NCBI GenBank assembly: GCA_951406725.2
Contig: OX597814.1
Location: forward strand, 13,330,001-13,394,000
Reading direction: 5' to 3'
Source: Octopus vulgaris
Lineage: Eukaryota
Length of the DNA: 64,000 bases
Shown: piece by piece, positions 23,913 through 37,028 of the stretch
Layout: the number at the start of each line of letters is the position of its first letter
Position numbering within the stretch: the first letter of the stretch is position 1
Position numbers and translations under genes: made by a program
The notes under the pieces: model-generated
The model's database searches: none
What the model saw: only the letters and a program-made list of their open reading frames with translations
Told to the model about the DNA's origin: nothing

Positions 23913-25049
23913 CAGTGAGTATGTTTAGTGTTTGAAAAATTAGACATCACTTTCAACCCCATAAATTCCGTTACTAGCATTGAGCTGCGAAATTCTTCAT
24001 TGGTATATTATACCGCACAAAAATATCTAAGTAAAACATGAACTGATGCAGAAAACGATGGTAATCGTTTTACTTTAGTCTAATATATGATTATCTTTTT
24101 ACAGTGAAGTCATGATATGAAATCGATTAAAATTGTAATTCCCTACTACTCAAAAAATCTTCCAATCTGCTGCTATTTCCTCCTTATCTCAGTTGTCATA
24201 TCTGTTACCGATCTTCGAACAACTTGTTTATTATATCCTTTTTCTGTATCTTCATTTTATAATCTCTTTAAATATTTCTAGTTTCTATCCTTTCATGATT
24301 TGAATATTTTCAGATAAAAATATAAACTCGAGTGTAATAATATGATGAAATTTCTTTTATGTACAAGTATGGTAATTTTATTTTAAGAAACGAATTACTG
24401 TATGCATTTAAGAATCAAAATATCGGTTATAAGTTTTGATGTTCATCGCTGAAAAGAAGTATTTTTATAATAATATGACTCGTATTGGAATCTATACTAT
24501 AGCAATTCTTGTATCCAGAAAACGATGAAAATATTTTGTGAGCATTTTATGTGGACTATAATCAATTTACGTTAAAATGCAAAATTTAAGTGTTGGTTGT
24601 ACATTAGGAAATCTCTTAGGAAACAACCTTATTGGTATCATCGTTCCTCTATTTATGTGACGGGTATTTACAGAAAATACAAATTCTTTATGAAATATAA
24701 TGTAGAAAGAAAACTGCTGTTTCGAAACTTGGTTGTAAATATATTGTTAACATGTTATGAAGTAGTACACAGCTTTACCCGCATGACAAGTGTAGAGGAA
24801 ACAATATTTAGGTATATTTAACTGAATTAATGGAGTGATTTTTTATGCAGCACTTGCAAAAGTGATTTCTCCTTGTTATGGCACTAAAGTAAATCTGCTG
24901 CAGATGGGGGCGGGGCTTCTGTTCTTGAGTTCTGAGGTTCTGCTATTCTGGATAGTATGGAGTTATCTCTCAGTTGCTATTAGTCCCAAAGACTCTCGGA
25001 CCAGAGATGAAAGTACCTTTCATAACCCCATCTATTGATTAAATAGTAT

Positions 25050-26090
25050 TAGTGGCAAGACACATTGGACAGAATTGATGTGCCAAGACCCTGAGGTAGA
25101 ATCCAGGTGTCATCTCGAACCCCTGCTAAACGCCGAAGAACCTCCGAAGGAAGTTTTTTTTTATCACAGGTTATGAGAAGGAGATATGATGTAAAACCTA
25201 CGAGAGGAGGACTTCGGTAGCAATGACTTAGCTTGCTGAACCACGGCTCATGAACACCGGGTGTAAAGGATGGAGTCAATTAACATAAAATCTACATTGC
25301 ACAGACTCGAAGGACGTCATCAACGGCAGGCAAAAGCTGAGACTAGTAGCCACAGTCCCAGGTCTTCATGCAGGACGTTCAGAACATTGCTGCCCTAAGA
25401 ACAACATCATTCTGAACCCTCTGTATAACCGAGGAGCCTTCTATAAGGACAACATTGCTTGCTCGTTGTTGTTGAGAGGGTTCTAGAAAAGGTGGACTAA
25501 ACAAAAATCACCCCTATACTCCTATTTGGCAAACTATAGTCAACGGGTGTTTTATGAGATCGAACAAAATCGAGGATAAAACATTAGGCTGCGAGGATGT
25601 GAAAGGACTGAAAATCGCATACTAGAACATCAAAACCATGTTTGACAGCCGATAACAGTCTTTCAGAACGCCAGTCCGCTCTCATTGCGCACGAACTGTC
25701 ATGAATGAATGTTGACATCATAGCTCTCAGTGAAGTCTGCCATCCTGTGGAGTGGAAAGCAGACTAAAAGCGCATGGAGCTATAAACACTTTCTACTAGT
25801 CAGGCAAAGTATTGGCAGAGAGACAACTTTTGGGCATGAGATTCATGATCAGATACTCTACCACTTCAACCTTTGAAAACCCGCCAACAGGTCGTCCTCA
25901 CAGCCTCAGTGTGCGACTGTAGTGCGTTATCAGCAATATTCCACGCTCGGTCCAAACATTGACACTTCATTGAGCATATTCTGGTGCACCAGATTAAGAC
26001 GACAAACGTATTGCATACCAGAGTGATGTCTAGTGCATGATGTTACAACGGCCATCGCCTTGTTTACTGCAAACTGAAGTTCTTCAAAGT
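25050..26090 (+). mobile_element. RTE-type LINE 5' UTR plus degraded APE endonuclease
   Basis: NIKTMFD...ERQSALIAHELS..NVDIIALSEV; later VLHTRVMSSA*CYNGHRLVYCKLK, resembling the TDHRLV motif. Confidence 0.75.
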
Positions 26091-27356
26091 AAGTGGAGGA
26101 AAGGAACAGAAATGTCGCTCAATATGCAATAGGCCGTATAACCAAGGGAATACTATGATACATTATATTATGTATATTTTTGCACTGTACTCATTTACTT
26201 TAGTAATGCAGACCATTGGTATTCCAAGGGCATTCATTTATTTTAATCGGCTTTCCAGTGTCTCAACTCGTCCACACAAATATGACATACTTTGTCTGGA
26301 TCTCAAGGTTTATCTTCATCACCGCGTTTAACACCAAAATAAGTGAAGTATAGATTTTTTACACGATGAGTTAATATCTACCAGAAATGTCTAGATTGTT
26401 CACGCATTTACGTCTATATATATTCTTTTAAAATTTACTTTTATAAGTATATATCATGAATGACTAACCTCTGGAACTACTAAAACAACACTAAAGCATC
26501 AGTTACCATTCGTGTGCACAGCTTTTAAAGCTCACATCGATTGTCATAGTCGCCGACAACTGTTTAATAAACTTTACAATGGCTGTTATTTTACTTTTAG
26601 TATAAGTGGGTCAGCATTGCTTTATCGCCATCTACGTGTTGATCAAAATAAATTAGATAATCACTATCATCTGATTCTCTGAAACAATAGTGCAGAAAAA
26701 ACAACAACAAAGTTTTATGACAAAACAATATAGACATGGTGGAAAAAAATGTATTATCAGATCTGAATTCAGTGTAAAAATTTACTTCAAAATGTTATAG
26801 ACATTTAAACACAAAATATCATGCATATTTGTGTAATCGATCGAATTAGCGATCTTTTCGGGTATAATACTCTTCGGAATTTCAGAAGAATTATATGTGG
26901 GTGGCGAGCTAAACATATCCTCTAGCCCCTCTGATACAGAAAACTAACGTCCTTAAATTAGGCTTATCTCTGACAAGTGACCGTTTAGAATTGGACTTTG
27001 TTTGCAGCATATTGACAGATATTGTAATAAATATTGTTCATCTTACTTATGAAGTGTTTATTCATACAATCCAGTTCACCGTTAATCATTATTCGTTTGC
27101 ACGCGATAAACGGTGTTCCCCTCATCCAAAAAGTAGCTTGGTCTTACACGTAGATCGAGCTTACGATAATTCAGTGTTTGCATATTGTATATTGTAATTC
27201 ATATTTTCGGACGTGGTATTTACATACAGTTAAAACATTTGTATGGTAGATATATTGTTTTGCAGAGATATATTACAGTAGAAAAAAACGTGAAAATTCG
27301 ATGTAGTAAGACAGCATATTTCAAAACAGTATGGTAATATATTATACATAAGTTAG

Positions 27357-27550
27357 GGCGGCGACCTAGCAGGATTATCTGCACGCTTAGAGGCATTTCA
27401 CCCGTCGTTACGCTCAGAGCTAAAATTTCTGTAGAAGTCGACTTTCCCATTCATTATTAGGGAGCGATAAAATTATTACCAGTTGAATGCTGCGGTCGAT
27501 GTAATCCAGTGGCACTTTTTCTACAAATAGCTGGTCTTCAGCCAAAATTT
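27357..27550 (+). mobile_element. Degraded SINE of the 37124 family
   Basis: GGCGGCGACCTAGCAGGATT...TACGCTCAGAGCTAAAATT...GTCGACTTT...CGATAAAATTATTACCAGTT. Confidence 0.6.
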
Positions 27551-28520
27551 TTAATGTACTACATTACACATAAAAAGAACAGTCACCTTATACAAGTAAT
27601 GTTTATTATTCCTAAGAAAATGTGGATGAAATTGTCTGAAAATGAAATCTACAACTACTAATAAAACAATATAAGTGACCAGAGAAAAGTAGTATCACTA
27701 GAGGGACACTGCGTAATAGCACTGCAATGAGAATCTCTGATTATCAAAATATGCCCCACCCCCAGTTCTGCAAAAATAAATCATTCAGACATCACACAGC
27801 ATTTTTATAAAAGAAGTAGTCCTATCAATATGTAGACTTACGAACTGCTAAATAACAACAAAAAAACCCCCCAGCTGTTTACTGTTCTATTGCTAGCAAT
27901 AATTCTGCTAGGACACAATTCTGATGGTGGATAAACATTAAGAACAACTATTTAAACCAAATTATTTTCCCATATTACTATAACAATAAATATAGTTAGA
28001 TCCTGAGATTGTTTATTCTGTATTGAGGAAATAATCAGACTATATCATATCATAATGTTTGTTTCTTAAATGTATTTCCATAACAAGTTTCTGTCATCTC
28101 ATCGTTTTATAATAGCCATTGGATGATATTATAGATTTCTCAGATCAGAGTTAGTTGGCAAATTAGTGCGTAATTTCGACGTTGCATTTGGATGATGGAT
28201 TTCTTTAATTTGACAGGGAAGCAAGTGGGTAGGAGAGATTTACTTGAATATGAAAACTAAAAAGACCATGGTAATAGTGATAGTGTTAACAATGTTAATA
28301 ATAATAATAATAGTAATAGTCGTGTTAATAACAATGGTAATGTTAATGGTAATAACAATAACGGTAGTATTGTTGATGGTATTATTGGTTGTATTACCAT
28401 TAATAATACTAACAATAATAGGAATAGTGTTGTTGGTGGTGCTAATAATAATACTAACAACAATCATAGCAATAAAAACTTCGTTTCGATCCGGAGGACA
28501 ACCCTAACAGAATTAAATTT

Positions 28521-28910
28521 TTGTCTAGTAATTCTAAGATTAAGAATTCTATTTACCAGTGTAGAATTTATTCCGGTACCGATGTCTTCTTCTATACAGG
28601 AGCGTCCATTTCCCAGTTATCCAACAGAATTTCAAATCATTATTCAACATTCAGAGATAGTAAAAAACGATATAATACAGGGCTAAGTAAATTAGTTTGG
28701 CGTCTTAAAGACAATAATATAGATTTTAAGTTAGATTGGTTCATACTGTCTGTATCCTTTCCCTTTGATAAGGGCAGAAGATTTTGTAACATTTGCAACT
28801 CTGAACTCTTCCATATTCTCTTCTCTAAGGTTCCCCTTGTAAACGCACTCATAGAGAAATCGTACAAATGTAAACACTGGCAGAAACATACTTTTTACTC
28901 ATATAAATGA
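28521..28910 (+). pseudogene. PLE GIY-YIG endonuclease domain with CxxC and CxH motifs (Naiad-like)
   Basis: SIYQC...FYTG...RISNH..TGLSKLVWRLK...W.I...CNICNSE...LVN...KCKH. Confidence 0.8.
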
Positions 28911-29180
28911 TTACGATAGTCATTGTGGTTTGAACAATTAGCTCAACGTGCACTCTACTTCAATAACGAAATTCTTTCCTAAGCCTTTGAACATTATTTT
29001 AATCAACGTACCATTCCCTCTCCACTTGTTCCCTACCTATTATTCCTTTAACCCTTCTCTTCCTACTATCTAACTTTGACGCCAATTCCACTAACGGATT
29101 TTTTAAAACACTTATTATCGTTTTGCTTACCATGTAGGCAGTCATCGCAATTTTGTTTGTCTTGTTGTTGAGAGAGTCTC

Positions 29181-29274
29181 CCTTTCTTTCCTGATGAGAA
29201 GATTGCATAATGCACCCTTTATTCTTTTGGAATGAAACCATGTTGTCTTCGAAACATGTGTCGAGAGTAAAGGA
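29181..29274 (+). ncRNA. Type I hammerhead ribozyme with intact catalytic core
   Basis: ctttc-CTGATGA(29191-29197)-gaaga-[43 nt]-tcttc-GAAA(29251-29254)-c-atgt-GTC(29260-29262)-gagag. Helix I extends via ccttt/aaagg. Confidence 0.8.
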
Positions 29275-29483
29275 ATTTTAACATCTTCGTTCAGCTCCAT
29301 TCATTGATTTATTCATATATAACACACAGATTTCTGCACATGAACACGGCGTTTCTACCCTTGGACAGGTCGCTTCAACCGTGTTTCTGACGTGAATTTG
29401 CTACCCTGGTATCGGTTTTTGTATGATGACGATAAACATAGGATAATTCATTCGCCAATCGATATATATATATACATATATAT

Positions 29484-29516
<33 letters not shown>

Positions 29517-29520
29517 ATAG

Positions 29521-31190
29521 ACCATGTCAAGTGTTTTCTACTATAGCCTCGGTACGATAAGAAATTCTTCTGAGTGGATTTGGTAGATGGAAACTGAATG
29601 AAGCCCCTCATCTTATTGTAAACATATATAAAACCAAGTTGTCTGTTTGTTTGTCTGCGTCAAATTGCCGTTTACATCCGTTAAGGAATTTTCGTGAAAC
29701 TTTGCAAACACGCTAAAGTAACACCCACTTTGTTTCTTGACTCATTGAAGTTTAATAAAAATCTATAATCAAATGGCTAGGGCCCCTAGAAGGGATCCAC
29801 ATATATAACCAACATATTTTCTTTTAATAACCATTCATTTTCTCATATATAATAAATGAAAAAATTATACTGAATACTTCTCGATTTATTAAAGAAGCTG
29901 TAACAAAACGTGTCGAATACATTTTAATTTGCACACCAGCTAGCACTAGAATCGAAATCAAATCGTTAATTTTCTCATCAGCTAACAAATGCTATTGTAC
30001 TTAGTTAAAAACAATGACACCTCGCAGGTTGACAGCCAGAACTATAGCTCTCCTTAATTATGCATTTTATCGCCACTTAACATTTAACCTCACTGAAGCA
30101 GAATTCACTTGTATAAACATTTTAGACTTATCCTGAATTTTTTGTTCTCATATATAACAAATTATAGCTATTAGTATATCTGCGAAATTTCCTATATACA
30201 GTGAAGTCATTTTGAAAGCAAGTAATGTGACACTGATAGGTTGTTAGTGGTTACGTTATATAAATACGTGTACATTCTACTTTAGGTGAACTTTCTTGAC
30301 GGGAAATTGCCAATCAATGTCAGTGATTTTACTTGGTATAAATGAAATTGAGTATGTTTATTTCTTTGTATTTACCAAGTACGACCCTTAAAAAAGTAAA
30401 TAGTATTTTCCTAAATAATAGATCCAATTATTTGGGTTAGTGACTTATTTACAAATATATCGTGGATGAGGATGCCTTTTACATTACTTCAGCCAATTGA
30501 CAAGCGCTGCATGCATGAAGAACTGTCATCACAAATATCACACCTGTTTACGTGTAGGAACAACTTCTTAATTTGTATCCAAATGTATGTTATATAATTG
30601 CGATATCTATATGCAAATTTATTTGTATGTCGACTGTAATACTAAGTGTATGTATTTCTCTACATTCATTGTAAATCTATTTCAACACTAACCCCCCACC
30701 CTGGGGGTGATATTCTCTGGGAATGCACACAACCCTTTTCAGAGTTATTTACTTTGAATTACTATCTCATATCTGATTAGCCTGTTAATAGGTAAGATGC
30801 TTCAGATTTTGGTATGCATACTTTATTGGTATTTCCTAGAAACAAGATCCTATGTAAGACAGTTCGATGTTTTCTGTAAATGCACAAAGCCGTTTTAAGG
30901 ATTACATACTATGAATTGTTGCTATCGGATTAGCGAAACAATTATGAGAAGGGAACCAAGGGATAAGCCCCGCTTTTCTGGGAATTACAGGGTACGTCAG
31001 CTAGTATATATAGTGTGTGTTTGTGTTTGTACCCCCACCATCACTTAATGACCTATATTGGTGTGTTAGTCCACGTAATCTAGCGGTTCAGTGATATAGA
31101 CGAAAGGAATGAGTCATGGGATCGATTTGTTTTTGTGGTGCTCTAGCATGGCCAGAGTGAGATGGCTGAAACAAATAAAAGAATAAATAA
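29521..31190 (+). mobile_element. SINE split into 29521-29610 and 31005-31190 by a Helitron insertion
   Basis: The left half ends GGAAACTGAATGAAGCCCCTCA and the right half resumes TATATATAGTGTGTGTTTGTGTTTGTACCCCCACCATC, colinear with the uninterrupted copies at 16840 and 35739. Confidence 0.75.
29611..31004 (+). mobile_element. Non-autonomous Helitron, copy 2
   Basis: A|TC start, CTAG|T end, subterminal GC-rich imperfect hairpin, no TSD, inserted at an AT dinucleotide inside a SINE. Homologous to 2167-4203. Confidence 0.85.
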
Positions 31191-31434
31191 ATATATATGT
31201 TGCAGGGAATTAATAATAATGGTAAACCCCCTCCCACGTGACGAATTGTCAATATAAGTAAAGCGAAGTATACGTCACTATAGTAACTCTAGTCACTATA
31301 AGTAAAGAGAAATACGCGAAGTACCAGAATACGTAGTAGTCTGTCAGAAATAGCCGTGTCTTTATTGGTTTTATTAAGCATACAGTATACCGAAGCGGAT
31401 CTTATATCTATCTAGCATCATTAGGATATAACAG

Positions 31435-31444
31435 TGGCGACGAG
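31435..31444 (+). promoter_or_regulatory. Primer-binding site TGGCGACGAG (complementary to the 3' end of tRNA-Ser(GCU))
   Basis: Lies 1 nt after the LTR end ...TAACA. Confidence 0.75.
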
Positions 31445-32476
31445 CATATAAATCACTTACGAGCAATTAATAAACTCGATGAGGATTTTAAAAACTCACG
31501 AGGACTTAACAAATCGCATAATTTTTTGTTGTGGGAATTTTTAAAAAAAAGTAATCGTAAAATTATGGAAATTTTGTTGGCTGGTTTGCTCGAGTTGCAA
31601 AAACAGTAGCAACAGCAACTGGAACAACAACGGATATCTCAGCCAGAACAACAGCTGAAGCAAACAACAACACCACCGACAAGAACTGAAAGAATAGCAA
31701 CAGCAGCAGCAGCAGCAGATATAACTGCAAGTGCAACAACAAAAGCAAAAACATCAAATAATATATCAGCAACAAATGCTGCTAGTACTGATGTTGTCAG
31801 GGATATCAGAATAAGTGTTCCCGATAGACTATGTCCCGAACTCCATAACAGAGTTCAAATACGAACCTGACGAAGCAGCTACCTTCGAAGCATACTGCAG
31901 ATGAAATGATCAAATTCTTTGAGAAAGTGTGTAAAGTTTGGGATGACGATATGAAAACGCGCTTTATCTTGAGAAAACCAGCGGCAACAGAACATGAACG
32001 ATACAGTAATTATGCACAACCAAGAAAACCTTTAGACATAAACTTTAAAAAGACAAGAGATATATTGTATAAAATTTTCAGTGAAAAAGCTCATTGTTCA
32101 ACACACATTGGAAGTATCTGCACATAAAGAAGAAAAACGATGAGGACTACATCACATATACTGGTAGAGTAAACAGGGAATGGGAGATGTTTAAGCAACT
32201 GGAACAAAACCAGGGTGTAACCCTAGAACAAATCCCCGAAGAATGTGAAAGGATAGTAAAATTAAGACACAAAACGGCAGAAATTGAAGGTAAAGACTAT
32301 TGTCAAGTAAAGCAAATGCAAAATAGTCAGAATAGAGATAAAGTGCTTTCTAAAAAACATGAAAAAAAAATCAGAAAATAAGCCCGTTTTCATGTGGAAG
32401 TATATACCTGAGGAAAAGTTATCCATTTAAAAAGCGGAGTACTTTCGTTCTAGATATATAGGACACATAAAAACGT

Positions 32477-32862
32477 TTGGAAGCACTCTGTCGGTTACGA
32501 CGACGAGGGTTCCGGTTGATCCGAATTAACGGAACAGCGTGCTCGTGAAATTAACGTGTAAGTGGCTGAGCACTCCACAGACACGTGTACCTTTAACGTA
32601 GTTCTCGGGGATATCCAGCGTGACACAGAGAGTGACAAGGCCGGCCCTTTGAAATACAGGTACAACAGAAACAGGAAGTAAGAGTGAGAGAAAGTTGTGG
32701 TGAAAGTGTACAGCAGGGATCACCACCATCCCCTGCCGGAGCCTCGTGGAGCTTTAGGTGTTTTCGCTCAATAAACACTCACAACGCTCGGTCTGGGCAT
32801 CGAAACCGCGATCCTACGACCGCGAGTCCGCTGCCCTAACCACTGGGCCATTGCGCCTCCAC
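32477..32862 (-). mobile_element. Full-length tRNA-derived SINE nested in the Gypsy element
   Basis: Minus-strand head GTGGAGGCGCAATGGCCCAGTGGTTAGGGCAGCGG...GGTTTCGATGCCC. Imperfect TSD with core AAAACGT on both sides. Confidence 0.9.
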
Positions 32863-33514
32863 ATATTAAAACGTATTGTTGAACGAAAATGATAAAACGT
32901 CAGAACAAATGAAAAAGAATTAACAGTATGTCATTGGATAAAATTTGTAATATAATGATGAAATTCTTGATGGTGAAAATCAGAAATACAGGTGTTAAAA
33001 TGAAATTAGACACTGGAAGTGATATCACAATTATAAGCGAAGTAAACTTGGAAATATGTCGGTTAGCCGGAATTAATTAAATATAAAAGCGTAGCACATG
33101 GTGTTACGGGAAAAGATTATATTTTTCAATGAATTCGTATGTGATGTAACATTTCAAGGTCAAACGAAAATGACAAAGATATATATATTAAAAGATTCAC
33201 CTAATCTATTTGACACAGAGTGAATAAAATTATTGGGATTGTAGGATACGCTCATAAGCGTTGTACGTGGAAATATAGTAGGTTCAGTCGAAGACTCGAA
33301 TGCGGCTGAGAGACCCTAACAAAAATTGCAGTAAAATAGAATGGAACATCTGTATGTAAGCTACAACGAAATAACAAAAAATCGCCCACGATAAAAAGTA
33401 ATCGTTTAAAAATTGTTCAAACGTAGTTGTTCCGTGGTCGAGAATACACATCGATGTTGGTGGTCCTTCAAATGGTTCTTGCATACGTACATACTTACAT
33501 ATATTCATACATAT

Positions 33515-33830
33515 ATAAACTGATATAAGGATTTGGATAGAGAAGAGAAACTGCAGAGTTGTGGAAATTAGCTGCCCAGCGGATGTTAACATACAGCTAA
33601 AGATCAGTGAAAAAGTGAACACATGTGTCGAAAAATGGAAAAATCTGCAGATTGCATGTTCTGGTTTATACCGGTAATTATTGGAGCCCTAGGATATGCT
33701 ACACTGCCTAAATACCAATCTTGAGAAATTACGCTTCTCAAAACCAGAAGGGAGAAAGTTAATTCGAAGACTACAGACCCAATTCATCCTGGAACTGTAA
33801 AATCTGTGAAACGTCCCAGAAGTTTATCAT
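33515..33830 (+). mobile_element. 3' fragment of an RLE-type (R4/Dong-like) LINE
   Basis: DIRIW.REEK...VVEISCPADVNIQLKISEK and FIPVIIGALG, a restriction-like endonuclease C-terminus. Confidence 0.65.
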
Positions 33831-33871
33831 TGGAAAAAAAAAAGAAAATATATATATATATATATATATAT

Positions 33872-35551
33872 AGCGGCGATAAACGAAATAAAACACAATT
33901 CAGCAGTAGGCCCTGATAGGTTCCCTGCTTGTGTCCTGAAAGTGTGTCGACACCAACTTGCATCTCCCCTTGCTAATCTGTGGAGAAACTCACTGGATGC
34001 TGGCTATATTCCTAAAAACCTTCTGTCCCAGTCTGTTGTCCCAGTTTTCAAAAAGGGAAACAAGTCCCTTGCACTGAACTACCGTCCGATCTCACTCACC
34101 TCTCATATCATCAAGGTATTTGAGAGGGTGGTGAGATCTCGAATAACCCAATTTCTGGAAAGCAACAGACGGCTGATCTCTAACTAACATGGGTTCCGTA
34201 ATGGAAGGGACTGCCTAACGCAGCTCCTGCATCACTTTGATGACATTTTGAGAGCTTTGGGAGAGGACTCCAACACCGATGTCATCTACCTTGATTTCAG
34301 CAAGGCCCTCGACAGGGTTGATCACAAGATCCTATTGAAAAAACTATCCAGCATTGGTGTCTCTGGAAAATTACTGAAATGGATCAAGTGTTTCCTGACA
34401 GACAGATCTCAACATGTTGTAGTTGAAGGAGTAAAATCAAGCCCAGCCAAAGTCAGTAGTGGCGTTCCGCAAGGCACTGTGCTGGGCCCACTTCTTTTCA
34501 TCATCTACATTAATGACATTAATGACATCATCAAGCACAGCAACATAAAAATCTTTGCAGATGATTCCAAGCTCCAGAAGGTCATAAAATGAGGCGAGTG
34601 ACCGAACGTGCCTTCAGTCAGATCTACTGGCTGTTATCCAATGGGCAGAAAAGAACAATATGCTGCTGAACGAGGATAAATTCGAGTTAATCCACTTTGG
34701 AAAAGAGGATGCACTGAAACTCCCATACTCCCTTCCTTCAGGTGAATATCTCGTGGCATCCAACAACATCAGAGACTTGGGAGTAATTGTGGACAACAGC
34801 ATAAGCTGGGCCACTCATATAAACACCAAAGTTGACATGGCCCGCAGAATGTGTTCCTGGATTCTCAGAACTTTCCAGTTGAGAGATATCCACACCATTA
34901 TCCTTCTCTTCTCCACTTTTGCCCGACCCCCACCTTGAATACTGTTGTCCACTGTGGTCTCCCCACACAAAACAAAGTATCATAAAAGTTGAAGCACCTC
35001 AAAGGTCTATCACAAAAAAGATAGATGGCATGACAGGCCGCGACTATTGGGATGGACTAGAAAAGCTAAAACTTTATTCTCTCCAACGTCGCCGTGAGCG
35101 CTACATCATCTGCATGATGTGGAAAATATTCCATCAGCATTGCCCAAATGATGTTGGTATCACCTTTAAGGTACATCTAAGTCTTGGGCCCCGTGCCATC
35201 CGCCCACAACAAAAATCGCACTCTCATCTCATAACAACAATACGGCACAATTATTTCACCTCAATTGGCCCCGCTCTCTTTAAGATTACACCAAAACACA
35301 TTAAAACAGAAACAGACCCTATAGGGTTCAAGAAGTCTTTGGACAGATTCCTTCAAGAAATCCCGGATAAACCTCCTACATCCGGATATGTCTCTGTAAA
35401 CAATAACTCTCTACTTGAGTGGGCCATAGTGCCCAAATTCTGACTTGAAAGACTTCACCAGGTGGTGCTATTAAGTTAGACATGGCCTGGGCCAATAATG
35501 ACCGAAACCTATCAAAGTATCAAAGTTTCAAAGTATCAAAGTATCAAAGTA
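33872..35551 (+). mobile_element. 5'-truncated CR1-clade LINE (RT, 3' UTR, (TATCAAAG)n tail)
   Basis: GPD, PVFKKG, NYRPISLTS, HGFR, YLDFSKA, SGVPQGTVLGPLLFIIYIND, FADD, LEYCCPLWSP. A few stops and frameshifts. 8-bp tandem tail at 35510-35551. Confidence 0.93.
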
Positions 35552-35738
35552 TATACATATATATATATGATCATGTCTAGAAAAGCAACTATATGCGTGA
35601 GAATACATACATGAATACATACATACATACATACATACATACATACATACATACATACATGCATACATATATACATACATTCCGGCTAAGTGCTTTACCA
35701 TTAACTGCTGATGACTAATTAAACTGCAATTATAAATG

Positions 35739-36038
35739 AGAGTGGATCTCGAAGAAGGAAACTGAAAGAAGCCAGTCGTAGTTATATATATGTATATATT
35801 TATGTATGTGTGTATGTGTGTTTGTGTCTAACCCCACCACCATCATCTGGCAACCGACGTTCGTGTGTTTTTCGACGCCATAACTTAGTGATTCGGCAAA
35901 AGAGACCGATAAAATAAGTACTAAGCTTAAAAAGAATTAGTCCAGGTGTCGATTTGTTCGATGAAAAGCCTTTGAGGCGGTGTTGTAGCATGGTCGGAGT
36001 CAAATGACTGAAACAAACAACGGAATAAAAGAATGAAA
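35739..36038 (+). mobile_element. 3' part of a SINE (family of 16840 and 29521)
   Basis: GGAAACTGAAAGAAGCC...TTCGGCAAAAGAGACCGATA...AGCATGGTCGGAGTCAAATGACTGAAAC. Confidence 0.75.
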
Positions 36039-36099
36039 GAATATCCACGCAAAGATACATACATCTATATATAATTGAGATTCTGTTGTATTAGGCACG

Positions 36100-36687
36100 T
36101 AAGTAGAAAACCAAGTTAGTTCAGTTATTATCCACACAGCTCGATGTAAAGTGAATAACTAAATATAAGCAACAGGATATCAAGTAGTAATGCAATGCGA
36201 CCGTTTCAAGCGGCTCCATTAAATTGAACATTGAAATCATTACATCAATTTAAATTCACTGCCAGCTTTAGCTGCGCAAATAAATAAATGTATTTACATA
36301 TCTATAAATTTATAAATTGAACATTGAAATCGTTACATCAATTTAAATTCAGTGCCATCTTCAGCTGCACAAAGAAATAAATGTATTTATATATTTATAA
36401 ATTTTTATATATTTATGAATTTCTATATATTTATGAATTTATATATATTTATAAATCTTCGTATATTTATATGCTTATGTTTTTTTATGAAATTGTACTA
36501 TGTCTTTTATATGTGAACGCATCTATGTATATAGTGAAGAATTCGGACAATTTGAAATGGATTGAATGGGTATGAATACCGACCTTTGAAATGTGTTTCT
36601 CTTTTTCTTAATTTTAAATTTATGAGACTCTATTACGGCGATAATTACTTGTGCTGTAAAAGTGCATAACTAAACCATTTACTTCTT

Positions 36688-36767
<80 letters not shown>

Positions 36768-37028
36768 TTTTACAGCACAAGTAATTATCGCAGTAATAGA
36801 GTCTCATAAATTTAAAATTAAGAAAGAGAGAAACAAATTTAAAAGGTCGGTATTCATACTCATTCAATCCATTTCAAATTGTCCGAATTCTTCACTATCA
36901 TATATAAGACATAGTACAATTTCATAAAAAAACATAAGCATATAAATATACGAGATTTATAAATATATATAAATTCATAAATATATAGAAATTCATAAAT
37001 ATATAAAAATTTATAAATATATAAATAC

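Larger units (their letters stand above)
28250..29460 (+). mobile_element. 3' part of a PLE: Asn-rich linker, GIY-YIG, 3' UTR, hammerhead, ending at TA repeats
   Basis: (AAT)-rich open stretch 28267-28480, ORF 28521-28910, hammerhead 29181-29274. Confidence 0.8.
31198..33480 (+). mobile_element. Ty3/Gypsy (Mag-like) LTR retrotransposon remnant: 5' LTR, PBS, gag, protease, large deletion, integrase fragment
   Basis: LTR TG...CA at 31198-31433. Gln-rich gag start at 31565, then SITEFKYEPDE..TFEAY and WDDDMKTRFILRK. Protease KLDTGSDITII at about 33000. Integrase PWSRIHIDVGGP at about 33432. Confidence 0.85.
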
